NCBI GenBank assembly: GCA_035699065.1 | Contig: DASSBE010000194.1 | Span: 34,985 to 98,984, forward strand | DNA: 64,000 nt | Source: Nocardioidaceae bacterium | Lineage (GTDB): Bacteria; Actinomycetota; Actinomycetes; Propionibacteriales; Nocardioidaceae | Direction of reading: 5' to 3' | Shown: positions 63,223 through 64,000 of the stretch, piece by piece | Numbering within the stretch: position 1 is the stretch's first letter | How the letters are laid out: every line of letters begins with the position of its first letter | The notes under the pieces: generated by a model | The model's input: only the letters and a program-made list of their open reading frames with translations | Database searches by the model: none | Told to the model about the DNA's origin: nothing | Program-made: the position numbers and the translations under genes

Positions 63223-63921
63223 ATGCGTATGCCCATGTCTGTCGTGGTCCTCATCGGACTCGCCGCCTCGTCCCTCTCCCTCTACGCCACCGTCCCGCAG
63301 CTGCTGCGTGCCGCCCGGACCCGCTCCGCCGAAGGGTTCTCCTGGAACTCCTTGGTGCTCAGCATGGCGACCTTCACGCTGTGGGCGGTCTATGCCGTCT
63401 CGGTTGCCGATGCCGTGCAGCTGGTCAACAACACGATCGCGTTGGGCCTGCTCACGGCGCTCGCGGTGGTGGTGATCCGAGCCGGGGTCGCCCGCACGTA
63501 CTGGTCGGTGCTGGTCGTGGTGTTCCTCACCGGGGCCGCCTCCATCGCGCTGCTCGACCACACCAACTCCTTCACGCTGGCGATGGTGGGCACCGTGATC
63601 AGCTCGTTGCGGATGGTGCCGCAGACCAGGCTCGCCCTGTCCGGCGCCCCGCTGTGGGGCCTGTGCCCGTGGTCAACGCTGCTGGCCTGGTGCGGCATGG
63701 CGATGTGGTTCGCCTACGCCGTGCTGGCCGGTGACCATGCGCTCGCCACGTGCAGCGCGATCGCCATCACGATGCAGACCGCCATCGTGGCGCACCGGCT
63801 GCCGCCCCGCCGTACTCTCGCCTCCCTCGCCGGCGGGCGTCTCGGCGGGCCGGTGGCGCACTTCGTCGCCCCGGTCTCCGCGCGGTTCCCGCAGCACGAC
63901 GGCTACGAGCTCGCGGCCTGA
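63223..63921 (+). CDS. PQ-loop repeat (SemiSWEET-like) membrane protein
   Basis: Two repeats, VPQLLR..AEGFS and VPQTRL..LWGLC. The start could be 63229 or 63235. Confidence 0.75.
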   Translation: MRMPMSVVVLIGLAASSLSLYATVPQLLRAARTRSAEGFSWNSLVLSMATFTLWAVYAVSVADAVQLVNNTIALGLLTALAVVVIRAGVARTYWSVLVVVFLTGAASIALLDHTNSFTLAMVGTVISSLRMVPQTRLALSGAPLWGLCPWSTLLAWCGMAMWFAYAVLAGDHALATCSAIAITMQTAIVAHRLPPRRTLASLAGGRLGGPVAHFVAPVSARFPQHDGYELAA

Positions 63922-63936
63922 CGCTAGGGTCGCCGT

Positions 63937-64000
63937 ATGCCCGCGGCCGACTGCCTGTTCTGCGCCATCGCCTCCGGGGCCACCGGTGCCCATGTCGTGC
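63937..64000 (+). CDS. HIT family protein, N-terminal fragment cut off by the window edge
   Basis: MPAADCLFCAIASG..AHVV; TAGGGT lies 6 nt before the ATG. Confidence 0.7.
   Translation, partial: MPAADCLFCAIASGATGAHVV

Overview
High-GC actinobacterial chromosome, probably Nocardioidaceae (inferred from gene content and order). The window is mostly the conserved backbone cofE-cofD / whiB / GT2-DUF5719 / manB / ahcY / mtrA-mtrB-lpqB / comF / hpf / secA ... prfB / ftsE-ftsX / smpB / ssrA. It holds two RNA genes: a raiA-motif RNA at about 17848-18152 and tmRNA at 62546-62913. A Tad/Flp pilus system is split into two blocks (26.7-28.7 kb and 47.6-52.2 kb). Between them lie about 19 kb of metabolic, transport and NHEJ genes (Ku and a split LigD). 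A SigF/SigB-type stress island sits between the tad genes and prfB. The main leads are: (1) a DnaA-box-like motif in the promoter regions of comF and both tad blocks, next to a small Xis/BldC-like regulator, suggesting a distributed competence regulon; (2) a predicted SigF-driven five-gene operon of an unannotated 30-aa membrane peptide, a lipoprotein, a divergent NRAMP and two PRC-barrel-like proteins; (3) the raiA RNA with large inserted hairpins; (4) an F420 ligase whose nitroreductase domain has decayed; (5) a His-rich lipoprotein plus membrane protein pair. I saw no CRISPR array, prophage, rRNA, tRNA or intact IS. All family assignments come from recognising motifs by eye; no searches were run.
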